Assembly: GCF_009914755.1 (NCBI RefSeq)
Contig: NC_060926.1
Reading direction: 5' to 3' (one strand)
Length of the DNA stretch: 64,000 nt
DNA from: the human T2T-CHM13v2.0 reference genome, Homo sapiens
The translations under genes were made by a program, and so were the position numbers. Of the stretch, positions 43,951-59,018 are shown piece by piece; position 1 is the first letter of the stretch; each line of letters starts with the position of its first letter. Under the pieces are notes generated by a model. It ran no database searches, had not been told where the DNA came from, and worked only from the letters and a program-made list of their open reading frames with translations.

Positions 43951-44691
43951 ACAGCAGAGTTAGGGAGGTAAACAAACAACGACACAGCTGATTGTAGTGG
44001 GAAGTGTTACCACACCCCTTTCTGTGGGTAGAACCTGCAAAAGAAAAAGAGACAGTTCTACCTAGATAGAATCAGACCCTGCTATTAAGAAAATTGGTAT
44101 GACTCAACCTAGATTGAACTAAAATTTACCTTCTCACTGTTGCAAAATTTAAAAAGTATTTCAAGTGAGAAAATACTGTGCAAACAAGATTGCTGCGAGA
44201 TTGTTTTTAAAGAACAAACTCTTTTCCTGGTTTTGTTGAACAAGTAGAGTATTCATTTACGTATCAAAAATGTCCTCGGATAATTACAAATGAGTATTAC
44301 TTATTCGTTAAAGCAGACTTGACAGTTCAGTGATCTTAAAAGTATAGAAGTGCATTTTTTTTAAAAAAAAAGAACATTTCAGTAATTTAGACTGGCTTCT
44401 CTCCAATTTGAGGATTTACTCTATCAGCTTTAACTGATTTATTCACAACGTTAGCAAGCAATTTTGGAATTGTGTAATCAAAATCTAAATGGATCTTAAT
44501 AGCCCCAAAGAATGAATGTGTCTGCTACAATGTGAGCAATTTATTCCTTTCACACCAGTAGATTATGGTTCAATGATTGTGAAATTCCAGATTATTTGTA
44601 GGAAAAACATTATATGAACAAAGTCATCTTTTAGATTTGCCTTTTTTGTTGGATTTTGTTTATTTTTGTTGGGTCTCCTCCATCAATAGTA

Positions 44692-45195
44692 AGACATTCA
44701 TTTTTCAAATATTGGGCATGACTGTGTGCCAGACCCTGCTATTCATTGCAGGGACCTGGATGCGGAGGGCTTGGCTTCTGCTTTTAAAGGGATCACCATC
44801 TGGTGAGGGATACCAGCATATAAACAAACCACTATTGAATGATGCAATCAATACCTTAATAGGAGCTTACTTCAGGAGTTATGGGAACATAAAAGAGCAA
44901 GAACTTGACTGTCCAGAGAGTTTAGGGAAGGTTTCTCTGAGCAGAAGTTTCCTTTGAGGTGATTTGAACAGCCTGATGAAAAGATGTAGCAGATAAAAGG
45001 CATTTCAGGGAAAATAAGTGAGACCATGGAATAATGCTGGATGCATTACAGAAAGTATGATTAGTTGAGACTGGACAAAGATGTCTTATGTAGACAAGAT
45101 ATGGGGGGAAAGAATAAGAATGTAGGTGAAACACCTTACAAGGGGCTTCACATTTCATAGTAGGGATCTTGAAGGCAGCTTTTAAAGCATCTATA
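44692..45195 (-). mobile_element. L2 (L2c-like) relic
   Basis: 'cattcatttttcaaatattgggcatgactgtgtgccag...agggaaggtttctctgag'. Confidence 0.7.
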
Positions 45196-45431
45196 TATGA
45201 ATTTTATGCAGGCCACTAATTTCTCTATTCTTGGTGTGTTGTCTGTTTCTGTCCCCATCATTCCCAGAGGTGTTAACATCCTTATCAAATGACAGCAGTG
45301 ATAGATTCTGGAATATCCTGGAGTGAAGCCTGGTGTCTGCCCTCACATAACTTACAATATTATCAAATTGTGCTCAGCATATTTATTTTTCAGTCCCCCA
45401 GTGTGCCCACTCAGATAAGATGAATTAAAAC

Positions 45432-45480
45432 TTTTTTTTGTTTGTCTTTGTAGAGCTGAGGTCTTACTACGTTGCCCAGA
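45432..45480 (-). mobile_element. Alu/FLAM left-arm end fragment
   Basis: 'tttgtagagctgaggtcttactacgttgcccag'. Confidence 0.8.
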
Positions 45481-46936
45481 AGTTGGAGACCAATCTAGGC
45501 AACATACTGAGACCGTATCTGTACAAAACATAAAGCAAATTACCTGAGTGTATTTGTCTGTTCTTGTACTGCTATAAAGAACTGCCTGAGACTGGATAAT
45601 TTAGAGAGGAAAGAAGTTGAATTGATTCACCATTCCACATGGCTGGGGAGGCCTCAGGAAACTTACAATCATGGCAGAAGGAGAAGCGGATACATCTTAC
45701 ATGGTGGCAGGAGAGAAGCATGTGAAGGAGGAACTGTCAAACACTTATGAAACCATCAGATCTCATGAGGTCTCACTATCAGGAGAACAGCATGGGGAAA
45801 CTGCCCCCATGATCCAATCACCTCTTACCAGGTCCCTCCTTTGACACCATCTCGTGGACCTGGCTCACGAAACCATTTTTCCCTCCTAGGTCTCTGGGCC
45901 TGTAATAGGAGGGGCTGCTGTGAAGGCCTCTGACATGTCCTGGAGACATTTTCCCCATTGTCTTGGCTGTTAACATTCAGCTCCTCATAACTTCAATTCC
46001 TTTCCAGAAAATGGGTTTTTCTTTTCTACCACATGGTCAGGCTACAAATTTTCCAAACCTTTATGCTCCGCTTCCCTTTTAAACATAACTTTCAATTTCA
46101 GATCATTTCTTTCAAGTTCAAAGTTTCACAGATCTCCAGGGCAGGGGCAAAATGCCACCAGCCTCTTTGCTAAAGCATAGCAAGAATGACGTTTGCTCCA
46201 GTTCCCAATAAGTTCTTCATCTTCATCTGAGATCACCTCAGCCTGGAATTCATTATTGTTATCACTATCAGCATTTTGGTTAAAACCATTCAGTAAGTCT
46301 CCAGGAAGTTTCAAACTTTCTCACATCTTTCTGTCTTCTTCTGAGCCCTCCAAACTATTGCAACCTCTGCCCATTACCCAATTCCAAAGTCACTTCCATA
46401 TTTTCTGGTATCTTTATAGCAGTGCCCCAAGCTCCTGGTATCAATTTTCTGTATTAGTCCATTCTCACACTGCTATAAAGAACTGCATGAGACTGGGTAA
46501 TTTAGAAAGCAAAGAGGTTGATTTGACTCACAGTTCCAAATAGCTGGGGAAGCCTCAGGAAACTTACAATCATGGCAGAAGGGAAACTGTCAAACACTTA
46601 TAAAACCATCAGATCTCATGAGAACTCACTCATTATCAGGAAAACATCATGGGGGAACCACCCCCATGATCCAATCACCTCCCACAAGTTCCTTTCCACA
46701 ACATGTGGAAATTATAGGGATTACAATTCTAAATGAAATTTGGGTGGGGACCCAGAGCCAGACCATATCATTGAGTGGTGGCATGTACCTGTAGTCCCAG
46801 CTACTCAGGAGGCTGAATTAGGAGGATCACTTGAGCCCGGGAGGTTAAGGCTGCAGTGAGCCATGATTGTGCCAGCACACTGCAGCCTGGGTGACAGAGT
46901 GAGACCCTGTCTCAAGAAAATAAAAAAAAGAAAAAG
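45481..46936 (+). mobile_element. 5'-deleted AluJ split by an MaLR (45481-45548 and 46771-46936)
   Basis: 'agttggagaccaatctaggcaacata...aaattacctgag' resumes as 'gtggtggcatgtacctgtagtcccagc...ggaggatcacttgagcccggg'. Confidence 0.9.
45549..46770 (-). mobile_element. MSTA/THE1D-like provirus with an internal deletion
   Basis: Partial LTR 45549-~45848, internal remnant, LTR 46450-46770, TSD ctgag/ttgag. Confidence 0.9.
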
Positions 46937-47067
46937 CAACTGAGATTTAATACCAATAATTTTAATCACAAAAAATGAACATAGATAATTATAAATATGA
47001 GAAAATGAGGTGGGAAATGATATTCAAAATTGCACATATGTGTGTATGTGTGTGCCTGTGTATATGT

Positions 47068-47170
47068 GTGCGTGCATATGAACATATGTACGCACATGTG
47101 CGTGCATATGAACGTATGTACGCACATGTGCGTGCATATGAACGTATGTATGCACATGTGTTTGCATATG
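47068..47170. repeat. 30-bp palindromic minisatellite, ~3.4 copies
   Basis: cgtgcatatgaac(a/g)tatgta(c/t)gcacatgtg starting at 47071, 47101, 47131. Confidence 0.95.
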
Positions 47171-47349
47171 TGTGTTTACTTTGTTTTGCACCCAACTATT
47201 TAAGCAGAAGTAGGCTTTTTAAGATGTGCTATCTTTGGAGTAAGTTATTAACTACAAATATGCAAGGAAAAGCAGTATCAAAGTTGATTTAAATATTAAG
47301 AACAAAAATAACATGGGAAGACCCAGAGAAAAATTTTTATGTTATAATT

Positions 47350-48155
47350 CTAAGAATGTGGAAGAATTCAGGCTGATGCAAGAGCTGTTTTCTGGCCATC
47401 TTATAAAGATATTTGAATCTTCTCTGTGAATAAAGAGAGAGGGAGAGAGAAAACAGAGAAGAGAGCCTAGTGTGACATATCTGGGGTGGGATTTCTGCCC
47501 CTGAGGCTGTGTTTCCAGTTGTGGGATAAAAGAAGCCCCTGATATATTATGGGAGATAGTAGATTATAAATTTAGCCAGAGAAAGAAAACCGTCTTAGAA
47601 AAGCCAAGCCCTTCTCCTGCAGGTTGGAGAAAATTGGCAGAGCAGACCTAACTGAAGAAGAGACTGAAAGAGTTCCCAGTTTTTCTGTGGCCACAGAACA
47701 ATATGAAAAAGGAGGCAAAAGCTTTCTGTGCCCCCAAGAGCAATACAGAGAAATCTGGAAGACCATAGACTCGTTGAGGCTCATGGTGGGGCAAGAAGGA
47801 AGCAGTGTGAGAACCCATCGCAGGTGGCCACAGCAGGAGGGCACAGTGACAGCTGAGGCAACATAAGTAGGGAGTGATGACACAGGACTGGTCACTGCTC
47901 AGAGAGGCCATTGTGTTGAAAGATGCACACAGACCAATGCAAGCCTGCCCCAAATCAGAAGGACTAGGAGAGAAGGGATACTGAATTGACTGAGGAGCTG
48001 CCCAAAAGTGCACTCACTTTTAAACCAGAAGTGATTGAATTACCTTGATTTGCTAAAACTCTTATCTGCCACCAGTAGAAATGGGATCTTATGAGCTGAG
48101 TTGACCTCAGTAATGTAGAAATAAAGTAAGTTTTATTTTGCACACCTGAGCTCAT
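47350..48155 (+). mobile_element. Ancient LTR (LTR78-like)
   Basis: 'gtgattgaattaccttga' and 'aataaagtaagttttattttgcacacctgag' resemble the LTR78 3' end as recalled. Confidence 0.4.
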
Positions 48156-49870
48156 CACTGCCCAACTTATCTCCACATTACCTGTGTATCATCTTAAAAG
48201 AGGCAAGTGGGACACCAAATATTGTCTCCTCTAAACTAAGTGAAGTATCAAGAGGCTTAGTTGGTAGGAGTAAAATCAGCGCAGACAGCTATGCATTGGC
48301 ATAGCAGGAAATGAATGAGTCCATTCTAGAATCATTCCAACAAGCTTGAGTTCATTGACCTTTTCCTGTAATTCTTTTCAAACTGGGTTAGCATCAGACT
48401 CTACTTTCAATGAATTATGTTTTATGATAATGTATCCAAAGGAAAAATGACATTACCAACAAACAGGATCATGGGCATGGAGGACATTTTTAACAGCTGT
48501 AAGAAACAGTTACTGTCTCTCTTAACACTGACTTATACCAATGATGCTATTGAAGGTTGAAGTTCTACTTGATGGTCCGGTCATAGAAATCCTCTCTGTC
48601 TAGGGTGGAAACATAAAGTAAGAGGCCTTAAACCTCTCGGCTTCAGCTGATCCCCCTCCAATCCTGCCTTCCTGATAGGATGAAGACATTTAGGGACTAG
48701 AGAAAATAGCCAATTGATTCCACATGTTGCCTCAGGGGCTGTGGGTAGAACAAGGTTATTTCATCCCATCTATCTGAAGAGTCCTCCAGAGATCTAATTT
48801 CCTAATGGCCACATCCATGGTCCCTCCCATTATGAGACATAAAACACTTTTGAAAAGGGTATGGAGGAGACCAGTCCTGTCTTAAAAGACAAGCAAAATG
48901 TACAGTGATTTTGGAGGTCTGTTCACATCACACCTTTTGTAATAAGCCCAGATATCAACAAACACCCTTTTGTATGGCACAAACTAACCTTGCTGCTCAA
49001 GGCCAAATGTGCCACACAGAAAAATTCATTCCCACACTTTAAATATCTAAGGTGTAAACCAATTGCCAGGGGAAAAAAAGGTGTCACGAAACCTTCCATT
49101 ACTCTTAACCAGAAAGCAACCAGGCCAAGTGGTCAACTATAGAAAGATTTTTTTTTTTTAATGTTTTCAATGCAGTCATTGTGTTTAACTGGAGAAAACA
49201 AAATTGATATGTACAAGTCAGGACCTAGAAACAAGTGTGTAATTACTAATTATACACTTAGGGGTTTATTCTCCCCTAGATACAGATGCCCAACTCCCAC
49301 CAAAATTAATCTGAGTCGCATTCAAGTGTGGAGGGGAGAAGGGCTTCATGGCTGCTCCGCAGAAGTAATGAAATTCCCTTATAAGCCCATGTTGCCTCAT
49401 AATAATACTCCAATATTGAACCTCAAGTTTGTTAAGTAGCAAAGACTCAATACAACTATTCACTGTGAAGCTTTCCAGAGAAAAGACCCCACTGTGTATT
49501 GAATATTTCAGTATTTTCTCAGAAATGATTAGCTTTTTAATTAAGTAAGGGGAGGAAAATTCCTTTCATGATTATTCAGGTAAGGAGTGGAGTCAGAAAA
49601 TGAGTAGAAACAGAATTTTACCAAATCCTTAATTTGGTCCTTTACTTTTCAACCACATAGAATCAAATCTTTCTTAATGAAGAAAATAATGAAATAATAT
49701 ACTGGGAAGTGTATGAGGTGAAGAAATTGTTGCATGCTATTTACAATGGAGACTTGGAGAGTAGAAACAATGTAAAAAAGAGAATAATGCTGTGTTTTTT
49801 TACATTTACATTTTATTGGTAGATTACTCTTTTGGCCTATTGGAGCCTCTTAAAGAAAGGAACACGTTCT

Positions 49871-51026
<1,156 letters not shown>

Positions 51027-51240
51027 AAAGAAACGAGCATGTTCTAATAACACATTCTCAATGTTTGCTTACAAACATTTTTCTGTGTCAAACTTTTCCA
51101 TTCACTGCAAGAAAGTAGTTTATAATGCATTCTAAAGAAGGCATGCTTACTTTTGCCTTTTATTTTTTCTTTTGCTTTATTGATGTACACACTCTAAAAA
51201 TTACCTTGGCTATCATGATTAAGCAAACTGCTGTTTAATT

Positions 51241-51630
51241 TTTTCTAATGTTTTACATATTCTTTATTAAATTTTCTTATTTTTATGGATTTAGGGGTAC
51301 AAGTGGAGTTTTGTTACCTGGGTGTATTGCATAGTAGTAAAATCTGGGCTTTCAGTGTACTCATCACCCAAATAGTGTACACTGTACCCAGTAGGTGGTA
51401 TTTCATCCATCACCTCCTCAGCCTTCCCATGATTTGGAGTCTCCAGTGTCTATTATTCCACTCTGTATGTCTGTGTGTGCCTATTGTTTAGCTCCCATGT
51501 ATAAGTGAGAACACGTGGTTTTTTGCTTTCTGCTTGAGTCATTTCACTAAGGAAAGTGGTCTCCTGTTCTATCCATGTTGCTACAAAATAAATGATTTTA
51601 TTCCTTTATATGGCTGAGCAGTATTCCATT

Positions 51631-51666
<36 letters not shown>

Positions 51667-52283
51667 CGTACACACGACATTTTTTAATCCAATCGCCCAT
51701 TGATGGACACATAGGTTGATTCCATGACTTCGCTATTGTGAATAGTGCTGCAAAAAATACACGTTCAGGTGTCTTTTTTATATAATGTTTTATTTGGGGT
51801 AGATACCCGGTGGTGGGATTGCTGGATCAAATGGTAGTTTTATTTTTAGTTCTTTGAGAAAGTCTCTATACTGTTTTTCATAGAGGCTGCACTAATTTAA
51901 GTTCCCACCAACAATGTTTAAGTGTTCCCTTTTCTTCACATCCTCACTAATATCTATTGTTTTTTGACTTTTTAATAATAGCTATTCTGACTGGCATAAG
52001 ACGGTATCATTGCGGTTTTAATTTGCATTTCTCTGATTAGTGATGTTGAGTTGATGATGATTAGTGAGTTAATTTTTTTTCTTAGGTTTTTTGGCCACTT
52101 GTATGTCTTCTTTGGAAAAATCTCTGTTAATGTCCTTTGTCCACTATTTAATGGGGTTATTTGTGTTTCTGTTATTGAGTTGAGTTCCTTTTAGATTCTG
52201 GATACTAGAACTTTGTCAGATGCATCGTTTGCAAATATTTTCACCCATTCTGCAAATTTTCTACTCTGTTGATTATTTATTTT
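51241..52283 (-). mobile_element. 5'-truncated L1PB-like element with internal (TG)n
   Basis: L1PB 3' UTR 'ggatttaggggtacaagtg...ggagtctccagtgtctattattccac' and ORF2 end. Confidence 0.9.
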
Positions 52284-53681
52284 AATAGAAACTTGAATTG
52301 CCACTCACTGTACTTAAGCATATTTAAGGTAATTATTTTTTGCTTTTAGATTAATACTCATTGGGGAGAAATTGGAAAATACATAGAAAAATAAACCTGA
52401 GTCTTAAACTCTTCCACTCAGATTATCAGTGTTAATATTTTCTATCTTCAACTATTTTTTATACTTTTATTTTTACAAAATTCAGGTGCTGAATCTATAG
52501 AGTTTTGTATGGTAATTTTGGACATTAAATAGGCACTTTTATTATGTGATATAATCTGTTAAAGCATTATTCTAATTAATCTGATTATTGAAACATTAAT
52601 TTATTTCACTAGCTGGGTCATTTGGGTTGTATTTCTCCTTTTCTTTTGTGCTGGAAATGGGGTGGAATCTATATTCTTGTATTTCAATCTGTCTCCATAA
52701 AACAACTTTATATTTCTAAAAGTGAAATTCCCTAGCAGGTTGTTTTTGTAGGTTCTTCTTTTCTTTTCTTTTTTTTTAAAAAAGCAATGCAGGTCCATAA
52801 TGAGATATTTAGTGAGAAGCAGGAATACGTCGAAAAGTCCGTTTCCTTCCCACCCTTGGGCTCCCAGTTCATTCCCAGAGACAACTCTGTTTCCAGGTTC
52901 TTACATGTATTTTCAGAAAAATGATGACATGAAGCTTTACTTTAAAGACTTTTTGTAGATTTGTACCAATTTCTTTAGCTCGTTTTTTGTCATCAGCAGT
53001 ACCAAGAATGAGGTACAGGTGGATGCAGAATTTAATGGTAATGGTACCTATTGTTTCCGCCGACCACACATAGATACTTTCATTTTCCAGTTCATTTGGC
53101 ACTGCTCAGTTGCAGCACTGCAGACCTTGTACGGCTGATGGCCATAAAGACAATGAGGCCAATTCTCAAGAAGCGGAACTAAGCAGAAGACAGAGCATTA
53201 CACTGGCTTCACCTGAACCCCCAAACCAGGGGTGGTGTCAAGCCACTAAAGCCAGCAAACCCACTTTACTTTTTAAAAACTGATTTGAGTTTTGGCTTTG
53301 TCTCTTATAACTGGAAGAAACACAGTAAGAGGCGACCTTTTTGTGTGTAACAACAACGTGCCAGCAGCAAAAGGGAGATCCCAGACATCATCCCTGATGA
53401 ATGCCAGGAGAAAATGCAGCTAGAGGGATGCTTTCAGAAGCCCTGCCCCTGTGAAATAATATACAGTGCTTAGCAGTGACTTGGAAACTGAAGCAACGTA
53501 TGGTGCAAACATTATGCTGTGCACTATGTGTGTATGGATATTTGTGTACCCTGGAAAGCAGAGAAGCTCTAGTAAATACCCTACCTGATACAACCTCCAG
53601 GGTGAAACTGTTCAGCATGTATCCATTCAACTTGGCTCCATCTGGCTTCTTATTTTCATATAATTTTTTGTTTTGATTTTA

Positions 53682-53985
<304 letters not shown>

Positions 53986-55476
53986 TGTTTTGATTTTAAT
54001 TTAGCTGAATTTGGGAGATAAGATGGAGCAACTATTTTCCAATATTGAGCTCCAGAAACATTTAAATAGAATTTAAGCACAGCCTGCCTTACCAAGTGGG
54101 AAGTATCCATCTCTATTGGTCCTTTCTTGAAATTTGAAGTTGGAGGGCCCAGGACCAATCTAACACTCATTCATCTGAGGGTGAGATCTGCAGTGCTCAT
54201 TCTAGGACTTTGCTAGGGCAGGCTAGTGGGGAGAATCAACTCAGCTAACGAAGACTTAACATATACAAACATGCTTACACACTCAAGTACACACCTACAT
54301 ACATGTACTCATATACACATGCGCACAAATGCTCATACATTCACATTTACAAATATGCCAGCCTTGATAAATCAATAAGCCATTAGAGTGATAACAAGTG
54401 GTCACTGTGGGAGAGAAAGAAAGAACTGGAACCCACCCATAAGCTTCCAATGTTGCATTTGAACTTGAGTTTATACTATCAAAGAAGGAAAATATGCTAG
54501 CATTTTGTCATCCCCTGACAATCATTATTTGTAACAAATCCACAAGTAATTTAGAGTCATTAATGCTCAGAAACCCATAATCTATTTGCTCTATTTAGTT
54601 GAGCTATTGAGTGAGGTCTAAAAATGCCCTCACCCTCCCACATTTCTGCTTTCTGTCTTCTTGATATGAATTGTAGGAGCAAAGTAAACAGAGGGCTCTG
54701 TTAGAATTTCCTTTTTCACAAATGAGCCATAAAATTGTCCATTAATCAGTCCTGGCTCCCAGGGACCAGTTTGCATTGTGGAGGTTTCCTTTTCCTTTTC
54801 TGATCCCCGTTTTGTTGAAGAGATTACTCAAAAGAAAAAAGAAATCACACAGCAATAAGCCCCAGAGAATAGGCTTAAGAAAGCCAGCTTTTTTTCTTCT
54901 TCTTCTTATAAGCTGGCTTTGGCTGGAGTCAAATTCTCATCATTCGGCACCATTAAAAACTTTAACATTTACTCTGTTGGCTTTAGAAATCTTTTAAAAT
55001 ATAAAATATTCCTTCTTTTCTTCCCAGAGGGCATGGTGTTCCCATCTACTCAAACAAGTCCTTGATGTAAGTCCTTTAGCACCACATAAAGACATCCTCA
55101 GGATCTCTGAGACCAGCTTCCATGGGCACAGAAGTCAGGAAATACTGGAAAAATATACTCCGAGTTTGGCATTTCAGGCCTCCCCTCATGTAATTCCTAT
55201 ACAAGGTGTCATTTCTGACAGTTTTCGCATTTATCTTGAGGGTGTTTCTTTTAAAAGATGGAAGGAGAAAATATACATCAAGCTTTGAGCTGTCTGACAG
55301 GAGAGAGGTCCTGGGCTGCCCACCTTTCAGGCTGAAGCCTTCTCCTTGGGTGGCTGTTGCCTAGGACCAGCCCACCTACCTTCATTTTTCCCATGAAGTA
55401 GATTTCATACCTGCAGGAAGATTCCCCACAAATACATACACGGCACCAGCATCATCAATACATAGGCGATTTTTAA

Positions 55477-55526
55477 ATATATATAGTAAGATGTATATAG
55501 TATATATTTTAAAATATATATAGTAG

Positions 55527-55562
<36 letters not shown>

Positions 55563-55570
55563 ATCATATG
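55477..55570. repeat. (TA)n-rich simple repeat
   Basis: Direct reading. Confidence 0.9.
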
Positions 55571-56866
55571 TAAGTGTAGTAATAAAAGAGACAGCAAAAA
55601 TTGGCTTTAATGGAATCGTAACCAAAGCACGGTCTGTGTTTAGTTTGGGACTGCCGGTCTCGTTGAACCCCTACTTTTCCTCCGTCTAGTTCTCCCTTTG
55701 TATTTTGCCCTTTATTTACATTCAGCATAAAACTTCCATAAACTCTCTTAAGGGATTTGTTTATTTTTTCTTTACCTTTTTTTAAAAAAAAAAAGAAAAG
55801 AAAAGAAATGCTAAACTGTTTGTCTAACCTGGGGAGTTTGGCAGGGAAACGAAATAGCCAGTAAAGGTTTTTATTTCTAGAGGAGAGTCACCCTGAGGTT
55901 AACTTGGAAGCTAAACAGTTTTAAAAGTTTATCTGACAAAAGTAAAAGTGAAATGTTTTTGTGTCGAGTCCCCTGTGTGAAATATAGCTATTTCTCCTAG
56001 CAAAACCCCATTCTTGATATGTGAGATGGCATCTACATTTTTAAATAAGCTAAGCGTGACTAACCAGGAATTCCTCTTTCTCAGTCACGAACGTTGTTTA
56101 ATTATCACCCTCAGTAAATTAAATGCATCGGTCTGAATTGATTAATTGTCCCAGAAATCTTCTGAAGAAGTAGATGGGCTTCATAATCATTCTATTTCTT
56201 GAGAGCTCCTCCAATAACATTGCACTTATGCACATAAAATTTTGGGATGCCTGGACTTGTATTTGATGTGACTCACTCACACCTAGAAAACCATTTCTCT
56301 CATTCAGAGACTGCAGAAGTGTGAGTTCCTTGAATCACTGATTTGATTAGCACAAACATGTTGGATTTTGCGAACATACCTTAAGACTTTATTAGCCTAC
56401 CTTATTTTATATGTCCTACAGGCTTTGGCAGTTTTGCACATTTAATTGAAATGCATTGGCATCTATAAAAAAGAACTTGCTTAAATCAAAAAGGAATTAC
56501 TCATAATCTCTCTAATATTAACATTTGGACGTTTGACAGTACCTGCTGCATTCCACAGTGTTGCATTTATGCAGCTCAGATCTGAGGTCTCGTCTGACTT
56601 GGTATTTGTTTCAGTCAAGCTGTGTGAAATCTCTTGGCTTTCGTGCATATAGACAGGAAGGTCTGCAGGGGTGTTGGGGGGCAAAATACTGTGGCCAGAG
56701 TGGTAGCCAAAAGAGACCTTCATTATGCATATTTCCACTGGTGCCCATGTCACCCAGGAAAACCACCCTGGAAAGGGAGTAAATGAAAGGCCTGCTCCAC
56801 CGACAAGGGGGCTGCCTCTAGAAGAGAACCTGCCAAGTCAGCTCCCTCCATCTGTGCAGGCCCCAC

Positions 56867-56905
56867 TGACTCATGTGGCTTCCTAAGTCACTTAACCCTG
56901 ACTCA
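56867..56905. promoter_or_regulatory. Candidate AP-1 site cluster
   Basis: TGACTCA at 56867 and 56899, TAAGTCA at 56884, in non-repeat DNA; motif evidence only. Confidence 0.35.
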
Positions 56906-57924
56906 CCTCTGGGCTAGCCAACTACTGCTGAGATCCTCTGCAAGGCAAATCACATTATCCTTTTTTGAAACAAATGATGCATTTTAGGACTAACACATGC
57001 AGGCCCTGGCCTCATTCTCTGGCATGATATTGGAAACCAAAAATGATTCCTGTTAGGACAAGGTAGCCTACTAAAAGTAGGTGAAAATCTCAGATAATCC
57101 ACATTCCCCATGTAGCCATTCTACTAATTCTTTCCTTATCGACCTTCACAGGACAGAATAGGTTGTTCTTGGATAGGGACGCAGGGTTGCAAACATACTC
57201 ATACTTCCCTCAGATGTGCAGAGGAAATGTGTTGCCTTCATTTCTCTGCTGATGTACTCATCTTTGTCACAAACCCATCCAAATGCTTGTCGAGATATTG
57301 AGAAGAACACCCTATGTAGAGTGCAAGTCAGCAATTTAAACTGTTTCCTTAGGGACCAGGATCAGTTTTTCAAGTTTCTTTTCGTTCCCCCAGCGCCTCT
57401 TAAAGATGGGGTTTGTGGGTTTAGGGAAGGAAGCTGTCTATCACCTTACGGAGTGGAGACTGATGACGGGAGATGGCTGAAAAACTTATGGTCTGCTCCT
57501 CTGAGGCAAGGTTCTGAAGGTCATCCACTCCCTGTCCTTGGTGAATGGGTTATTGTTATTGCTATAGTTATTGAGTATAACACCAGTTGAGCTAGTGCAT
57601 TATAACCCTAACCATTACAATGCAAGACTTTCAAAAACTTAACTACACAAGAAGTGACTATCAACTATTAAAAATATTCCACTAAACTCACACCATCACT
57701 TCTCCAATCCAAGTTTCCCTTGGCCAGATACTAACATTGACTACTGACACTTCAATGACATCGGATAGGAGAGGAAGTTGTTAATATACCTTACTCTTGC
57801 AAATACATTGCTAGGGCTCATTCTAGGTCTTGCAGCTCAAGAGTCATTAACGTTTTCATAAATTAAGCTCTAGGTGGAATCTGAAAAGTAAATCCTTACA
57901 GACACCATTAAACATAGTATTATC

Positions 57925-58235
57925 CAAATCTAAAATGAGAAAATATTTATAATAAAGTGAAAATGATATCATACAGAATCTCCATTTCACAAATGTACAT
58001 ACAGGAACACAGGTACACACACACACGTGTATATATACAAAAAAATGTCAGAAAGAAAAGTCCCAAATGTTAATAAAGATTATTTCATAACAGCCCAGTT
58101 ACTAGATGATTTTTATTTTTCTACCGTGTACTTTCTTGTTTTATACATTCTCTTTTGCTATTGTGTATTTATTTTACATCCAGGAAAAATAAAAACCTTG
58201 TTTTTAAAGGTAAACTTTTATTTTAAAAATTTCTA
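57925..58235 (+). mobile_element. Old L1ME-like 3' fragment
   Basis: 'tcagaaagaaaagtcccaaatgttaata...gatgatttttattttt'. Confidence 0.45.
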
Positions 58236-58283
58236 ATTAAATGGCTATATAAGTTCATTTTATAAGCATGAAGACAATGGTGA

Positions 58284-58675
<392 letters not shown>

Positions 58676-59018
58676 AAAAAATCCAATTTACTTTGAGACA
58701 ATAGCTTTAATTATTTTTAATCACTTGAAAAAATACTCAAAAAACAGAGAGCTGCAAGATTCTCGCCTCTATGAGCAAAGTGAGACAACCAACTTGATTT
58801 GCCAGAATTCCTGCCAAAAGCAAGAAAACGTGATTATGCATTGAGTTAAATCAGGCATAATGATATTATTAGGGTTTTTTAAATGTTGAAAATCTCTTGC
58901 AGATTTTCCTTTCCACCTTTACAGAGAACTTTAAATTTGGTGGTACCCCCGAAAATGACTGTGAAAAACTGTTCAATGAAAAAGCAGAATAGAAAATTGT
59001 GATTGCACCTCAATTTCT

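Noticed and set aside
47068-47170. CRISPR-like array
   Set aside because: Units are directly adjacent with no unique spacers, in a eukaryotic context with no cas genes
52869-53102. 77-aa minus-strand ORF (ADDKKRAKEIGTNLQKVFK)
   Set aside because: No recognisable family, non-ATG start, no convincing splice boundaries
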